Shown here: positions 25,779 through 39,034 of the stretch, piece by piece | Position numbering within the stretch: the stretch's first letter is position 1 | How the letters are laid out: every line of letters begins with the position of its first letter | Origin: Owenia fusiformis | Lineage: Eukaryota | Direction: 5' to 3' | Assembly: GCA_903813345.2 (NCBI GenBank) | Contig: CAIIXF020000001.1 | Location: forward strand, 25,978,001 to 26,042,000 | Length of the DNA: 64,000 nucleotides | The notes under the pieces: generated by a model | Told to the model about the DNA's origin: nothing | The model's database searches: none | What the model saw: the letters and a program-made list of their open reading frames with translations, nothing else | Program-made: the position numbers and the translations under genes

Positions 25779-26635
25779 GTGGTTTGCTGTATCTAGAACC
25801 CTCTATCAAGAACTGAAGGTGTGCATTCTACAGTGGTTTGCTATATCTAGAACCCTCTATCCAGAACCAAAGGTGTGCATTCTACAATGGTTTGCTGTAT
25901 CTAGAACACTCTATCCAGTACCGTAGGTGTGTATTCTACAGTGATTTGCTGTATCTAGAACCCTCTATCCAGAACCTAAGGTGTGCATTCTACAGTGTTT
26001 TGCTGTATCTAGAACCCTCTATCCAGTACCGTAGGTGTGCATTCTACAATGGTTTGCTGTATCTAGAACCCTCTATCCAGTACCAAAGGTATGCATTCTA
26101 CAGTGGTTTGCTGTATCTAGAACCCTCTATCCAGTACCGTAGGTGTGCATTCTACAATGGTTTGCTGTATCTAGAACCCTCTATCCAGAACCTAAGGTGT
26201 GCATTCTACAGTGTTTTGCTGTATCTAGAACCCTCTATCCAGTACCGTAGGTGTGCATTCTACAATGGTTTGCTGTATATAGAACCCTCTATCCAGAACC
26301 TAAGGTGTGCATTCTACAGTGTTTTGCTGTATCTAGAACCCTTTATCCAGTACCGTAGGTGTGCATTCTACAGTGGTTTGCTGTATCTAGAACCCTCTAT
26401 CCAGAACCGAAGGTGTTCATTCTTCAGTGGTTTTTTGTATCTAGAACCCTCTATCCAGAACCAAACGTATGCACTCTATTCAGAACCTAAGGTGTGCATT
26501 CTACAGTGGTTTGTTGTATCTAGAACCAAAGGTGTGCACTCTATTCAGAACCTAAGATGTGCACTCTACAATGGTTTGCTAGATCTCGAACCCTCTATCC
26601 AGAACCAAAGGTATGCACTCTTCAATGGTTTGCTT
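25779..26635. repeat. 54-bp minisatellite (~15 units)
   Basis: Unit GGTTTGCTGTATCTAGAACCCTCTATCCAG(AACCTA/TACCGT)AGGTGTGCATTCTACA(A/G)T; it degenerates at the right end. Confidence 0.95.
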
Positions 26636-28547
26636 TAGCTATAGTATCAAACCTTGAGAACAGGTAAGTTAGGGGCATTCAATGTTAGGACACATCAGAT
26701 GATGTTTATGGAGTGATTAATGGCTTCCAGGTTAATTCACATGTCATTCCTCATACATCATCAGTATTTCCATTTGGAAAATCAATTTCCAACCACATCT
26801 AACACATAATGTAATGAATAAAACAAATATCAACCAAAGAACTCCAATTACTACACACATATAACATACAAGTATATAATGAGGGTTCTACCATACGCCC
26901 AGAGTCTTGTTATAAACCAGATGAAGCTCTCTTCCTTACTGGGGCAAAAAGCACTATAATACTGACGATATTTTGAAAATTGCCTTGATGGTACCTCTGA
27001 AATAATATATATTGTATATACATGGGCATACATATATAGTGTTATATATCATTTTAAAGCATATGATATACTCTTTCAGAATGAATAGTTTTTTAAGTCC
27101 CAATTTATAAGTTGTCATGGTTATAAGATTCCCAAAAAAATACATTGGGTTTGTGCTTGGACTTGATATCACGTCCTTAGTAGTCAACGTATGTGCTTTA
27201 TGACGTCATATCAAGTCCTTAGTAGCGAATGAGTTAAGAACCAAAGTCAAACCAATGCAAAGGGTATATAGGATATCATTCACAAGCATAGAATGCAGTT
27301 AGGCCACTAGCTCAGGTAAATAAAGGCAGGAACTCCTCAACTTGAGGAATTTCTAAGAGCTTTTGATTAGCCTGATATGTAAAGTGTGAAATTGTTAAGG
27401 TAACCATAGTAGCTATTAACTAAACCATAGTAGCTGCTAGCAAACTATGATAGTCATCATTCTCATTAAATGAAACTTTTATTCCTGTATTCCATAAAAT
27501 AAAAGATCACTGAGTCAGCATTAAACAAAAAATAAGATTACCCTCATCATTGTCATCATAAGAGTTTTTAAGACTTTTTACCTTTACATAATGGATGTTA
27601 TGAATGATTGCCATAAATGTAATATTTATTGTTTAGAGAAATCACAAAAGTAATCTTCTACATTGTAATATATCACAGTGACAGTAAAACCAGCTGTTGG
27701 CTAATTAGATAAAAAGTAATTTACTTTAACACTGCATACTTCTTTATCAGTTATATTGACCTTGGTGGTTTAGTAATGCAATTTGGGGTACAGAGAGACT
27801 AAGAAATATATGATATTCAAAGATCAACCTCTGAAATCAGATATAGAATAACTAATTACATTTTTGCCTTATTCAACTATAATTACACCTAGATATTTGA
27901 TAGCAAGAGAGATGTATGTTATTTTATTCACTGATTTTCTCCTTAAATACAGTTTAACATGAGGTTCAAAATTCCAAAACATGGCCAGTTAATTATGATA
28001 TTGAATCAGATAGATAGAGAAGATGTTCCAAAGTATAAATTCCTGCAGCTGTGTGTTTTACTGTAGTAGTCAAACATATTAATAAGTGTCTATGGTTGTT
28101 CAATAGCATCTGATTCATGGGAAATATCTATAATGTATCATATGTAACATGAGGGGTGTACAAAGTCGCAGAGGAATAGCATTCCACTGTGGCCAGCTTG
28201 CTATTCCTTTTTTATAGAAACATCCTACACTTTGTTATATTGCATGCTACTTGGGTGTAGGTCCCTGCACCTCAACCCCACCTCTAGACTAGAGGGAAGT
28301 GTGGAGGTTCTATTTATGGATCAGTGACTGCTATCAGGCTAGATGGCCTGGCAAGGGCCAAAATGATTATCAGGAGGATACATGACTTAACCCCACTAAC
28401 ATGTTTTTCAATGACGATAGTCTCGCATGAATATACATATCTCTGCTTCCCCATTTCCCCAAACCTGCGCAAGAGAAAAAGTGGTGGAGGGATAAGGACA
28501 ACCAATAGACCTAAAGCAGGACTAAACAATGGGAATCTATAACATAC

Positions 28548-28653
28548 CTTTATCTTTGAGCTCCTTGTTTATTCCCGCAATAACATGGGCAAAGTTTGTG
28601 TTATTTGAGCTAGAATGGCCTGAATGCCCTGGATACGCAACACATTGAGTCAT
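28548..28653 (-). CDS. Candidate alternative first coding exon (MTQCVAYPGHSGHSSSNNTNFAHVIAGINKELKDK, phase 1)
   Basis: aggATG after an in-frame TAA; 35 codons + 1 nt; donor AAG|GTATGT. Confidence 0.6.
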
Positions 28654-31412
28654 CCTCCTTAAATTCAATAAACTCCTTAAATATTATATCCAGACTGGTG
28701 TCAGATATGACTAATGAAATCCCCTGTGTCAGTATTTCTCTTTTGATAATGGTGTATGCTTTTTAAAGTCCATACAGTCCATTAAATATTAATTGCTGTA
28801 TCTAATTTCTACATATATATAGAATTGTACCATGTGTCATATCAGCCTCTACAGAGTATAATTGTACCTAGCGATCCTGATTATATTAACCCATATAACA
28901 TTGTTAGATACCAGCTCTATTGTTTTTATAGCACAATTAGTTTAAGTTATGGCCTCTAACAAGCAATAATGAATTGTAATGTTGATGTTATTCCATCTGT
29001 TTATACAAAGATATTCCCTTTCTTTAACTGTAGCTTTATCATTTGCGATCCTGCTTCATAAGCCATTCACCAAGGCATCTTCGTTATATAAACCAATGTT
29101 TTCATCATCGCCTGACTGGCTTTCCTCCTGAAGTTGAAACCCAATTGTTCTAATGAAGACAAATGATCAAGGAAACCCCTTGCACTAGAATATCACACTT
29201 TAAAACGTGTAACATCAACAGTCATTCTCTATGTACAAGGTCTCCTCAATTGCATGATAGAAATATCAGTAGATGATTCCAAAAATCTGACTCTGGTTTT
29301 ATCCTCTAAATACATACATGGCTAGGCCAAGCACTTCATTTATAACATGGTATAACTGATTATCTCAATATACACAGTACTCCAAGGTGGAATATTGATA
29401 AATCAGTCTCTTCATCCAGCAAACATATACTCAAAGCCAAAATGTCAATAATTTGGCATTGGGAATCAGTAAAACTTGTATAGAATACAATCCATTTTCA
29501 ATTCAGCTCATCGCAGCTCTAAAGCTATTAATAACTGATATACCTAGATCCCATCTTTATGATACCTATATCATCTCTCTTGCCAGTAAAAGTCATACTT
29601 GTGTTTTGGTTACTATAGTAACTGTATCATATGATTCGTTTTAGATTTATATATACACCTGATTTGTCCATAGATTGAGTCAACCTTATACAGATTGAGG
29701 CTGATCATGTTAAAGTTGATAATGAACAGCTGCCTCTGGCCATATCAATAATTTCTGTTCGGAAATATATGTGTATTCATTTCTTTCTGATTGATATGAG
29801 ATGATGGCCTATAGGTGCCAATAATCCAAAGAAACTGACATGATTAAAATACAGATTTAATCAATAGTTCTGCAATCTCACAGCAACTCATGGCATTATT
29901 GTAAAAAGAGAAACCTATTGACAAGCTCTAAATTGAATTTTGGTTAATAGAGAAATTAACATTTTCACCAAAATAATTGGCGACAAGAAAAGGTTCTGTT
30001 TTTCAATGTTTTTTATTATGAATTTTTACATCTTTTATAATAATATTGTGATGAATTTTTAGAGACTTAAAGGGACAGTAACGTTTAACACAAACTGAAT
30101 TTCTATGGTGACCCCTCATTTTTCCTTTAGATGGAAACATTGTTATGTCAAGGTCTAGATATGACCCCTCATTATTCCTTCAGATGGAAACACTGATATG
30201 TGGAGGTCTAGATATGTGTTATTTCTTCTAGTCAATTTAACAAGTATGCAGAGATATGATGAGAACCTACAGATTTTCTTTGATCACGACAAAATTTAAT
30301 TTTAATGTCGTTTGCATAACTCTGTTTCAGTTCTAATATGAGTTGAAAAAAACAGATCAGTTTTTAAAACAACAAATACAACCGTTTCAATAGAGACGCC
30401 TTACCTCATGGGCTTTCAACTAGAAAGACCATGGTTACCTCAAGATGAGACATTTCTTGCACAAGCCAGCCAGATATTATGGCGAATTAATTAGCTACAA
30501 GCTACATGCTATAAAACAATTTACAACAACATTGGTGCACGACTGAGGTGTATATTGGCAGATATCAGATACATGTACATATACAAGTATAATTACATAT
30601 TAGGTTTATTCTAGGCAGAAAAACATCCTGGCAATAAACTGTAATAAGGCACTAAATTATTAGATATTAAGGAATTTGAAGCACTGCACTAGTATCATCT
30701 ATCAAACAAATTACTGAATACAAAAAATGTCAAAACATAATTTTGTAAATCTGGGAGCATCAGATATCGAATATGGAATTATAAGGTAACTATGGTAACA
30801 CCATGTAAAGTATTTATATGGTATCACCTGGTAAATATAGCATATTTGCAAATTATTTTATTATTCAGAAAATATTCTATTATAGCCACAGTCAGAGAGA
30901 ATGTTTCTGGCGAAAATTCTGGGACTTCAAATACTTTTAAGTTGGGAAACCGGAAGTGCTTACCTTTTTTAATTCCCGAATCTCACCGAATCTCTCCGAA
31001 ATTAGCTCATCTTGGTGACTGTAAATTGCACAGCTGTATTCAATGGAGTCTTGTCATATTCGATCAGCCTCAATTTTAAAGTGTATATTTTATTTTCAAC
31101 GTGATTTCATCGTTTTTTGTCGACTGGTAAGAAAACGCCGGGCAAATGGCAAGATGGATGACTTTTGACCTGACCTTGACCGATGGTGATCACGTCATCA
31201 ATATTACCAAGATGGCGGTTTCAAAATTTTCTAAAATCGCTTCAAATAATATTATGTTAATTCCTAGCGAGTAAAGATATCTCTTAGTTTGCTATTTCAC
31301 AATAAGATAACGAAATGTGTAAGGAATTCGTATTTATCAATTAAAACATCACATCGACATTTGGTATTCGTAAACTAGACGATGAAGATAACGACCTCAA
31401 AAAAAAAAAAAA

Positions 31413-31477
31413 GAGCGAGTCAGGATTCGAACCCGGGCCTCCGGCGTGCTAAGCGAGGATTCTCCCTTTAGACCACC
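31413..31477 (-). pseudogene. tRNA-derived (tRNA-Gly-like) sequence followed by T14
   Basis: Minus strand GGTGGTCTAAAGGGAGAATCCTCGCTTAGCACGCCGGAGGCCCGGGTTCGAATCC has A-box-like and B-box motifs and resembles eukaryotic tRNA-Gly(GCC); the acceptor stem does not pair. Confidence 0.65.
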
Positions 31478-31850
31478 GTTATAATACATATCTTGTTGGG
31501 AATTAAACGCTACTTATTTTGAATGCTATGATTCGGAAGTGACGTCACGTTCTTCACGTTTTGTTTGAGAGCGAGAACGAGACGTGCCAGAAGCCCGGCT
31601 TTTTTGTCAGTCGACCTGTTCAAAGTACATTTAGTCATAATTATCGCTTTTCAGAACAATTTAGGAAACAATATTTTCTATCTACGTCGATTACAAAGCA
31701 TCGTACGTAAATTTATATGAACAACTGAGTCAATAGGGATAAATAGCCCAACGAGAGTCGGCGGTCTTGAAAAATACTTGGATCTGATGCCAGTCCTGTT
31801 ATTGATATAGTTCCAGGGCATTCGAAGAACGTATTAGATGTCCGTGATTA

Positions 31851-31918
31851 TAGCATCGTCGCTTTCTACTGGGTCTAGAAAGAGGTAAGGAACAATCAAA
31901 ACCTTGTGAATCAAGATG
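31851..31918 (+). repeat. Interspersed repeat fragment; second copy at 41140-41208 on the minus strand
   Basis: CGTCGCTTTC.ACTGGGTCTAGA...GGAACAATC.AAACCTTGTGAATCAAGATG is shared by both loci. Confidence 0.8.
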
Positions 31919-32921
31919 CTATTATAGAGGAATATGACAACACCATGTGTAGCATTTAATATGGTATCATTATAAGGTAAATATCTCAAAATCAAAATCT
32001 ATTAATAAAATTCAACAAAGTGCTTTGTCATCAGATACATATTATATAAGTAATACATATAGCAATAACAAAAAATGATGAAATACTACTTGTGAATATC
32101 CAAAAATTCTAGTCAGGTCTGGTATGAATAAAAGATGAATGGACATTTTATACATCACTAAATTGTCTGATAACACTAAAGATGAATATGGATGAATACT
32201 AGTTCCTGTAAGAGGAAAATAAGGGTGTATGAATTTCAAGTCTAAAACCAGCCCACAATTAGTTATCTAGTCGCTTTTGCAAACATTCTCCAAAACAAAG
32301 AAGAAGACGAGGAGGCAAATGACATCAAATATGTGAAATCAATTTACATCTCCTGTGAAAATACATTTCCCTCGATAAATAAAGACTTTTCTCAAAACTT
32401 TTTGAATGTTGCAATATCAACAATTTCATGGATATTGCATAACAACAGTCTGTATATACATTCTCACCATACTATGTCAAATAAGATGTTCTTAGCCTAC
32501 CATGGGGAATCTAGCTTATATTGATTATTGGGTAGAAAAGTGTATTTTATCCCATAGAGCATATAAAGATAGCACATCAGGAAAATGTTATTGAAAACTC
32601 TCTGAAGCAAAACTATAGTGACATCTATTAAATACATGAAAGTTTGATTTCAACAATGTTTAATTCAAGTTCTAGTATGTCGCTGTTCTTTGCTGGCTAA
32701 TACATGTTCTATTTGATAATCTAAAAATCTAAACTTTTGTTCCTAAAATGGAGGAAGATTCAAATATTTATATGATGGAGAACTTTTTCTTCAAAAGTTA
32801 CACTTTTTAAAAATGTCTCAAATAGTGATAAAAGTAATATTTGGATGATTAAACTATTCTTCACAAACTTTGCACAGGGCCTTTAATAATTAAAGGGCTC
32901 TGTTTGTCTTGAAAATAGCCC

Positions 32922-33307
32922 AAAGGACGATTCCCCGTTTGGAGAATGAAGTTCATAAATCTAAATGAGCATTATCCCTGCTTCGGACAAATTTGATTTT
33001 TTACATAATATAGATTTGAATGTCTTCTTTTGAATAATCATAATTTAATTTAGGTAATATTTCTAGATTTTTCGCAAAAAAATATTAGCGCAGTACACTG
33101 ATGAACTTCTTTCCCCGAATCAGGACTTGTATTTTATTGAATCGGTCTAATTGAGCGTTATCCCTGCTTCAGACCAATTTGTTATTTTTACATCTTGTAG
33201 ATTCAAATGTCCTCTTTTGAATAGTTTAATTTGGGTAATATTTCTATATTTTTCATGAAAAAATTATTAGCCCAGGAGACTGTTCTCCAAACCAAGAATC
33301 GTCCTTT
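32922..33307. mobile_element. MITE with ~25-bp TIRs and two internal direct repeats
   Basis: AAAGGACGATTCCCCGTTTGGAGAA versus the reverse complement of the right end AAAGGACGATTCTTGGTTTGGAGAA; internal repeats at ~32960-33100 and ~33146-33282. Confidence 0.8.
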
Positions 33308-34877
33308 ATAACAGACTTCAATTTGCACATACATCTGCATAACAAAAGCTTAATTCCTAAAAGTAGCAACATGGCATGTAAAAATTATAACATTCCAAAA
33401 CTCAATTTTATTCAATATAAAAGAAGAGAAGAGCAATTTTTTCAAGCTATTATATTAACACAAAAGAAGATTTGTAATAAAATCTACTGATGGTGCAAGT
33501 TACAGGTTATTACAAATTTTTCAATTTTGGTGCATTTTTATCAGGAAAGCCTCTTTATCGACTAAATTGTGTAGTTTACTGCAACAAATGGGAAATATCA
33601 TTTTTTGATAGTGCTGTAAGTTATTCACCTTATCATTAATAAAATTTCAATACATGATGTACATGTGAACAATAAATGAACAAAAGACTGTAGGCTGGTG
33701 TTCATGTGGACATATGCACTGGTAGACGTTGGGCTGTACTGTATCCCACTCTTTGTGTTGGGATAATTACACAATACATTATTACGCTAATGTTTTTTTA
33801 ATCCACATAGGAAATCAAGGAAGATTGAATAGATCAAAGGTGCCTATACTGAGGCCTGGATAGGGAGCAAACATATTGCCACATAAGATACAAGGCAACA
33901 GAAGCAACTGCGATGGTACACACCTAAAATGATACTTTTCATGCTAAAATGATCAACAAATGAGAACAACTATAGTATACTATCAAGTGGTAGATACACA
34001 ATGAAAAACTATTATGCAAAATATTATAAACTGATTATTATAAACTGATTTTAATTTTTTACATGTCAGAAAGTCTTTTTACTATTACATTTCACATATA
34101 CGCATCATTGTCTTAAAAAAGCTGACTTCTGGCTAAATATGATGTGTTTCGGTGAAAAGACTCCTCTACCTTATATGAAAATTGAATTATTGTCATATTC
34201 AATGTTGAGGTATAACTGATGAACGGAGGTGTTTTCTATTAACCTAACTTTGTTCGATAGGATAATAATCTTCCAAGAACAATGATATCTGATATTTGCA
34301 TAGAAATGTTACTTTGACCTATCAAATATGAATGAGGTTTCAGATTTCCTTTTTTCGAGATTGATTTAATCCTTGACAACCTCTTAATGTGTCAAATTAG
34401 CCTTCAGACATGTCTAAATGCTTAAATATCCAGGAAAATAGCACCAATAATCTAGATTATAGTGATACTTCCACGTCAGCAACTGTGCTTCCCAGCTATG
34501 GTCCCTTTGAACCTAAAAGTTATACATTCCCATATTACATCTTTCAGCGTGATGTCAAGAGAACATACTCCCCCCTAGAAATCTATGATCTGACAATTTA
34601 GACTCCGCGGTGATATTGACTTTACCCTCAGGTTAGAGACAAGTTGCTTAGCTTTTACTGATTAAACTTTACAACAAGACACCTTCGAAACTTTTTATTA
34701 ACTGTATTTTTATCGTACCTAAGAAAAACAGTCAATATCAGCTTGTTCGATCAATGAAGATACTTTTATACAAATGTTTAATATCTTTATTCATTTTTGG
34801 TATATGTGGTGAGAATTTGAACTGTCAATATAAATGACAAAAAGGTACATTCTTCATATGAAAGAACTGTCACTAAA

Positions 34878-35083
34878 CAGTGATCTCCCCAGGATTTTTT
34901 TTCAGGTGGGTGCAAAATTCTCATTTTTACAATTCAGACCAAAATTGGTCAAAATATGCCAATTTTTCATGATTTTTCTCATTTTTAAGTGGGTGCAAAT
35001 GGATTTTCAGGTGGGTGCAAGCCTATTTTCAAAATCTCAGGTGGGTGCTGCACCCACTTGCTTTAATGCTGGGGAGATCACTG
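34878..35083. mobile_element. MITE with perfect 15-bp TIRs and 5-bp TSD
   Basis: CAGTGATCTCCCCAG / CTGGGGAGATCACTG; TSD CTAAA; four internal GTGGGTGC subterminal motifs. Confidence 0.9.
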
Positions 35084-35932
35084 CTAAACATGACATATAT
35101 GGCACCATATTACATTGGTTACTGATGCCCTTCTAAACCAAAAGAAAATATCTGGATAGAATCTTATACATTGTCTCCAATTTTTCTCAATTTTACAGTG
35201 AAATATATCTACATTTAAATTCCTATAAACTCTACAGACAATTGCCTCTTGTAATATTACTGTCTCTCATAAATTGATACCTTAAACTCTTTGATAAATA
35301 TTAACTGCAGGATTAAATGCTACCTTTACATCAGGATATAATTATTCTAACATTACTTTAAGCGACGAATGTCTGATCTTTGGTTGGGAATCCTATCTCA
35401 ATAATCGATTTAAGCTCCATGGAAAAACAACAGTATATTAAAAAACATACAGGTGGACATCTAAATCAACACAGAATATGCAAAAAAATAGAAAATTAAT
35501 ACAAGTATATTTGACGTGACAACTAATAACGAAGAGTGCATTTTATATTAATTCTGACAAGTAACAATATAATTTGAAACGTTTTTCCTCTGGGAGCTAA
35601 TTGATTGTCACTTCACCTCCTGCTTAATTATATATAGTCTTAGTCAAATTAAACATCTATGAAATGTTACAAGAGGGAATATACTATTGTTGCTCTATCT
35701 ATAAAGAGTAAGTCACATAGCTCTTCAAGTACAAGTGATAAAAAAGATCTACTCAGATTGTTTTTACAAAGGGAAAGCTCCTAATTTGATTTATTTTCAA
35801 GAATAAACTCCCTCAACCAATGAACTGATTCAGAACAATATTAACAACATTAGTGTAGGAAAAAGTAGATGATAAAAGTGATGTCTGTCTTTAATTAAAA
35901 ATGAATTGCTTCTTGTGAGCGTACTTTCTGTC

Positions 35933-36222
35933 TACCCTGCATGCAGAGTCTAGTTATAAACTACCCTCTGCCTAGTATAGACTATATTACAGTTTAGCAG
36001 CCCCGCCCCAAAGACTGGTACTTGTGACAGCCCAGGTAATAAATCATTTCAAATATACCATGCTGATCCTTTCTCAACCAGTCAGATAGAAAGAAGAAGA
36101 AAGAGTCAGAAGAAAAGACCATAAAGAAAGTCGTCCATATTTTGATGAAGAACTCTGATTGGCTCAGTAAGATCAAACTGAAAAAGTGAAGACGAAGTGA
36201 AGTTGAACAAATGCAAAGGGTA
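35933..36222 (-). mobile_element. AcademH-like element, diverged 290-bp copy
   Basis: TACCCTGCATGCAGAGTCTAG ... ATGCAAAGGGTA; TSD CTTTCTGTC / CTCTCTGTC. Confidence 0.8.
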
Positions 36223-36664
36223 CTCTCTGTCCTGCATACTGCCTGAACATAATAGACAAAATAACCTCTCACTAAAATGTAAATATAATGGACTTATACC
36301 ACTAATTGCAAATATATACAATGGACTTCAACCCCCTCCCTAAAATATAAACATAATCCAAACTTACACCCCTCCCCAAATGAAATCAATAATATCTGTA
36401 GTCATACAATCATATCATGTGACCTTGTCTCCAAGATTGGATAATTCCTCACTGTAACTTTTGCCTGATATTCAAAATGGCCACATAATCAAGATCTCTG
36501 TCATTTTCCTTTTTTTAATATCTTCAATATTGGCATTTCTTTCAATCACTCCAGTCTTTTGACACAGTATCAAGTGCAGGAGGAAATCGAGTTAGTAGAC
36601 TAACCTTTGCAACTACTTTAACACAATTAGTATAAGACAGCACACATGGCAATGTCACAATGTC

Positions 36665-36893
36665 CAGGGCTCTCGCCAGGCTTTTAGACTGTGACGCTGC
36701 ACCACACTCTATTTAGCTCCCTCCACACCCTATTGGCAAATCATGACTATTTCCACAGTCTAAACTTGACTGAATATACAATAATAGCATGTAAAAAGGA
36801 TAAAATATAACATAAAATATGATTTATCACGATTGAATGGTTATTCTGAAGATGTTAGCACCACACCCTAAATATATCCTGGTGAGAGCCCTG
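36665..36893. mobile_element. MITE with CAGGGCTCTC ends
   Basis: CAGGGCTCTCGCCAGG / CCTGGTGAGAGCCCTG; flanks AATGTC / AATTGTC (possible 6-bp TSD with a 1-nt indel). Confidence 0.75.
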
Positions 36894-38084
36894 AATTGTC
36901 ACATAATCACATATAAACTACCCTAAAACATATGAAATGGACCAACACCCACACTTCCTCATTCTTGAAATTGTTCTCCTTAAAACATTGCCAGACTATT
37001 TTAAACACATAAATTTTTCCATTATGCAATCATGGTTAAAATCATCAACTTGTCCCTGTCTACAAGTGGTACAAAATCCAATATTGACTGTTAATTCATA
37101 TTACATTTTCTTTTCATTCATTCTGTTATGATTTAACCTTATGGATCTTGCTTCTGGTGAGCAGTGGGTGTCATTGTTACATCATCGTCATAATTGACGC
37201 AAAAAAGAACAAAAGATCGCGCCAACCTTTTCAGGAATATGAGGAGACTGATGGTCTAGGCTTTATCAAGGGTTCCTGTCCAAATGTCAACAGGTTGAAT
37301 AATGCTATAAATTTTGATTTGGAAATAATACTCCCTCAAAATGAAAAAAAACTTTTTATTTTCTGTTAGATCAATTGAACTTTTTGAATAATATACAAAT
37401 ACTATTAATATAATGATATGCATGATACATATAGCGTTTTCATGGCAGGAAATCAAACTTTAAAAATAAAGTTGTTACATAAATATGGTTTTCCTCAACT
37501 GTCAACATGACACACTCCTCCTTAACTATTATTAGAGACTCATTACCTTAATATTTGAAATGAAAATTAAATGTTTATGGATCTATGTAGGCATGGAATG
37601 TAAGACGACTGTGTCAGTATAACCTAATAAAGTACAATATCATATCTATCTCATATTCTTACAGATCTGACACGTTTTCTTATCTCAAAGTAACAGTTAG
37701 ATAAATAATTCAGAAGTTTATAAAGGAATCTACTCGATCCCTGATTTGTTTGAAGATGCAATATGACATAAGAATGATACCTCAAAGAGAATATTTCCGT
37801 ATTTTCTTAAAGAAATTCAGAAAATCAGAAATTCAAATAGCTCCTATCACAAGACAAAATCGTATGGAATAAATTGCAATAAGATGGTTATTAAGCTTGT
37901 TATTATGGTCTTACTAGTGGTTATTATTGAGTAATGGTACAGGTATCCGATATGGTATTGCAGCTTACACTTAAGTAATGGTACACGTATCCTTGGATTT
38001 TAGGCCCGAATACCGAGGTTTATTTTTTTGATTATCGTGTATTATTATTTTGTGTTAATATTAGTTAACCATCTAACTATTGGC

Positions 38085-38175
38085 TACCCTTTGCATTCGT
38101 TTGACTTCACTTCTTAAAATAGAGCTTCGTCTTCGTCTTGTAGTTTAACTACATGTAGACTCTGCACGCAGGGTA
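38085..38175 (+). mobile_element. AcademH-like mini element (91 bp)
   Basis: Same termini as 14563-14932; perfect TSD ACTATTGGC. Confidence 0.85.
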
Positions 38176-38218
38176 ACTATTGGCATGATATTGATAACCT
38201 TGTTATATTAATATAGCG

Positions 38219-38453
38219 CATAGGCGTAGCCAGGGGGATGCGATCGCACCCCCCCCCTCCATAACCAATGAAAATAGAACCATTAGAAAGAAGAGAAAAG
38301 TCTTAAAATGCTTTTTTTGAAGCTTCTAGCTCGATTTTGAACGAAGTTGCACCAATTTTTGTAAAATTCAAAACAAATCTTCAAAAACATTTTTAATGCC
38401 ACGATCGCACCCCCCCCCCCCCCCCCCCCGACTGAAAGCTGGCTACGCCACTG
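38219..38453. mobile_element. MITE (CATAGGCGTAGCCAG family) with 5-bp TSD
   Basis: CATAGGCGTAGCCAG ... CTGGCTACGCCACTG; flanks TAGCG / TAACG; internal CGATCGCACCCC motifs and a C20 run. Confidence 0.8.
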
Positions 38454-38688
38454 TAACGTGTAATCAATACGCTACATTTTGTATGTTCAATTTGTATACT
38501 AAAAACTGTTATTAATCCACAGATTTAGATGAAGACAAGATAAAAATCCGAATCAAGAATGAAAAGGTGTCTAAGTATATAAATCTTAAGGGTAATGCAT
38601 ATTTGAATTAAACAGAGGCGGGTTAATTTATATTGTACTATGAATTACGCAATTATTCAAAATTGCAGCTAAGATGCCTGTTTTATGA

Positions 38689-38776
38689 TACCCTGCGTGC
38701 AGAGTCTAGTTAAACTACGTATACACTAAGACGAAGCTCTCTTTTAAGAAGTGAAGTCGAACGAATGCAAAGGGTA
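38689..38776 (-). mobile_element. AcademH-like mini element (88 bp)
   Basis: TACCCTGCGTGCAGAG ... ATGCAAAGGGTA; perfect TSD GTTTTATGA. Confidence 0.85.
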
Positions 38777-38929
38777 GTTTTATGAAAAATATCACGAAAG
38801 ATGTATTCTAGATATCAGTAGTATTCTCAGAAATTTATTATCCGAAACGGATAACATCTGGCCACTCAGACAAACAATCGCAGACATAGGCTAAGCTTGT
38901 TTATTTAACAGTTAGATTTGTTGACTTAC

Positions 38930-39034
38930 CGATCCGTATTTCAATCTCCGGGAAGACGTTCTTTTCACTTTGTATTTGCGTGCAGTGTAATATAAGTTGA
39001 TACTTTTGTTCAAAAATGTACTTTTAATGGCCAT
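38930..39034 (-). other. Candidate first exon (35-codon ORF, phase 0, or 5'-UTR exon)
   Basis: aaaATGg start, open to the donor TCG|GTAAGT (MAIKSTFLNKSINLYYTARKYKVKRTSSRRLKYGS), at the edge of a CpG-richer domain; its phase differs from the other candidate exons. Confidence 0.35.

Noticed and set aside
25838-26638. 266-aa ORF as a protein-coding gene or CRISPR-like array
   Set aside because: It lies wholly within a 54-bp tandem repeat, starts at TTG, and has no unique spacers or cas genes.
31413-31477. Functional tRNA-Ala(AGC) gene
   Set aside because: The acceptor stem cannot pair and the body resembles tRNA-Gly; treated as tRNA-derived.
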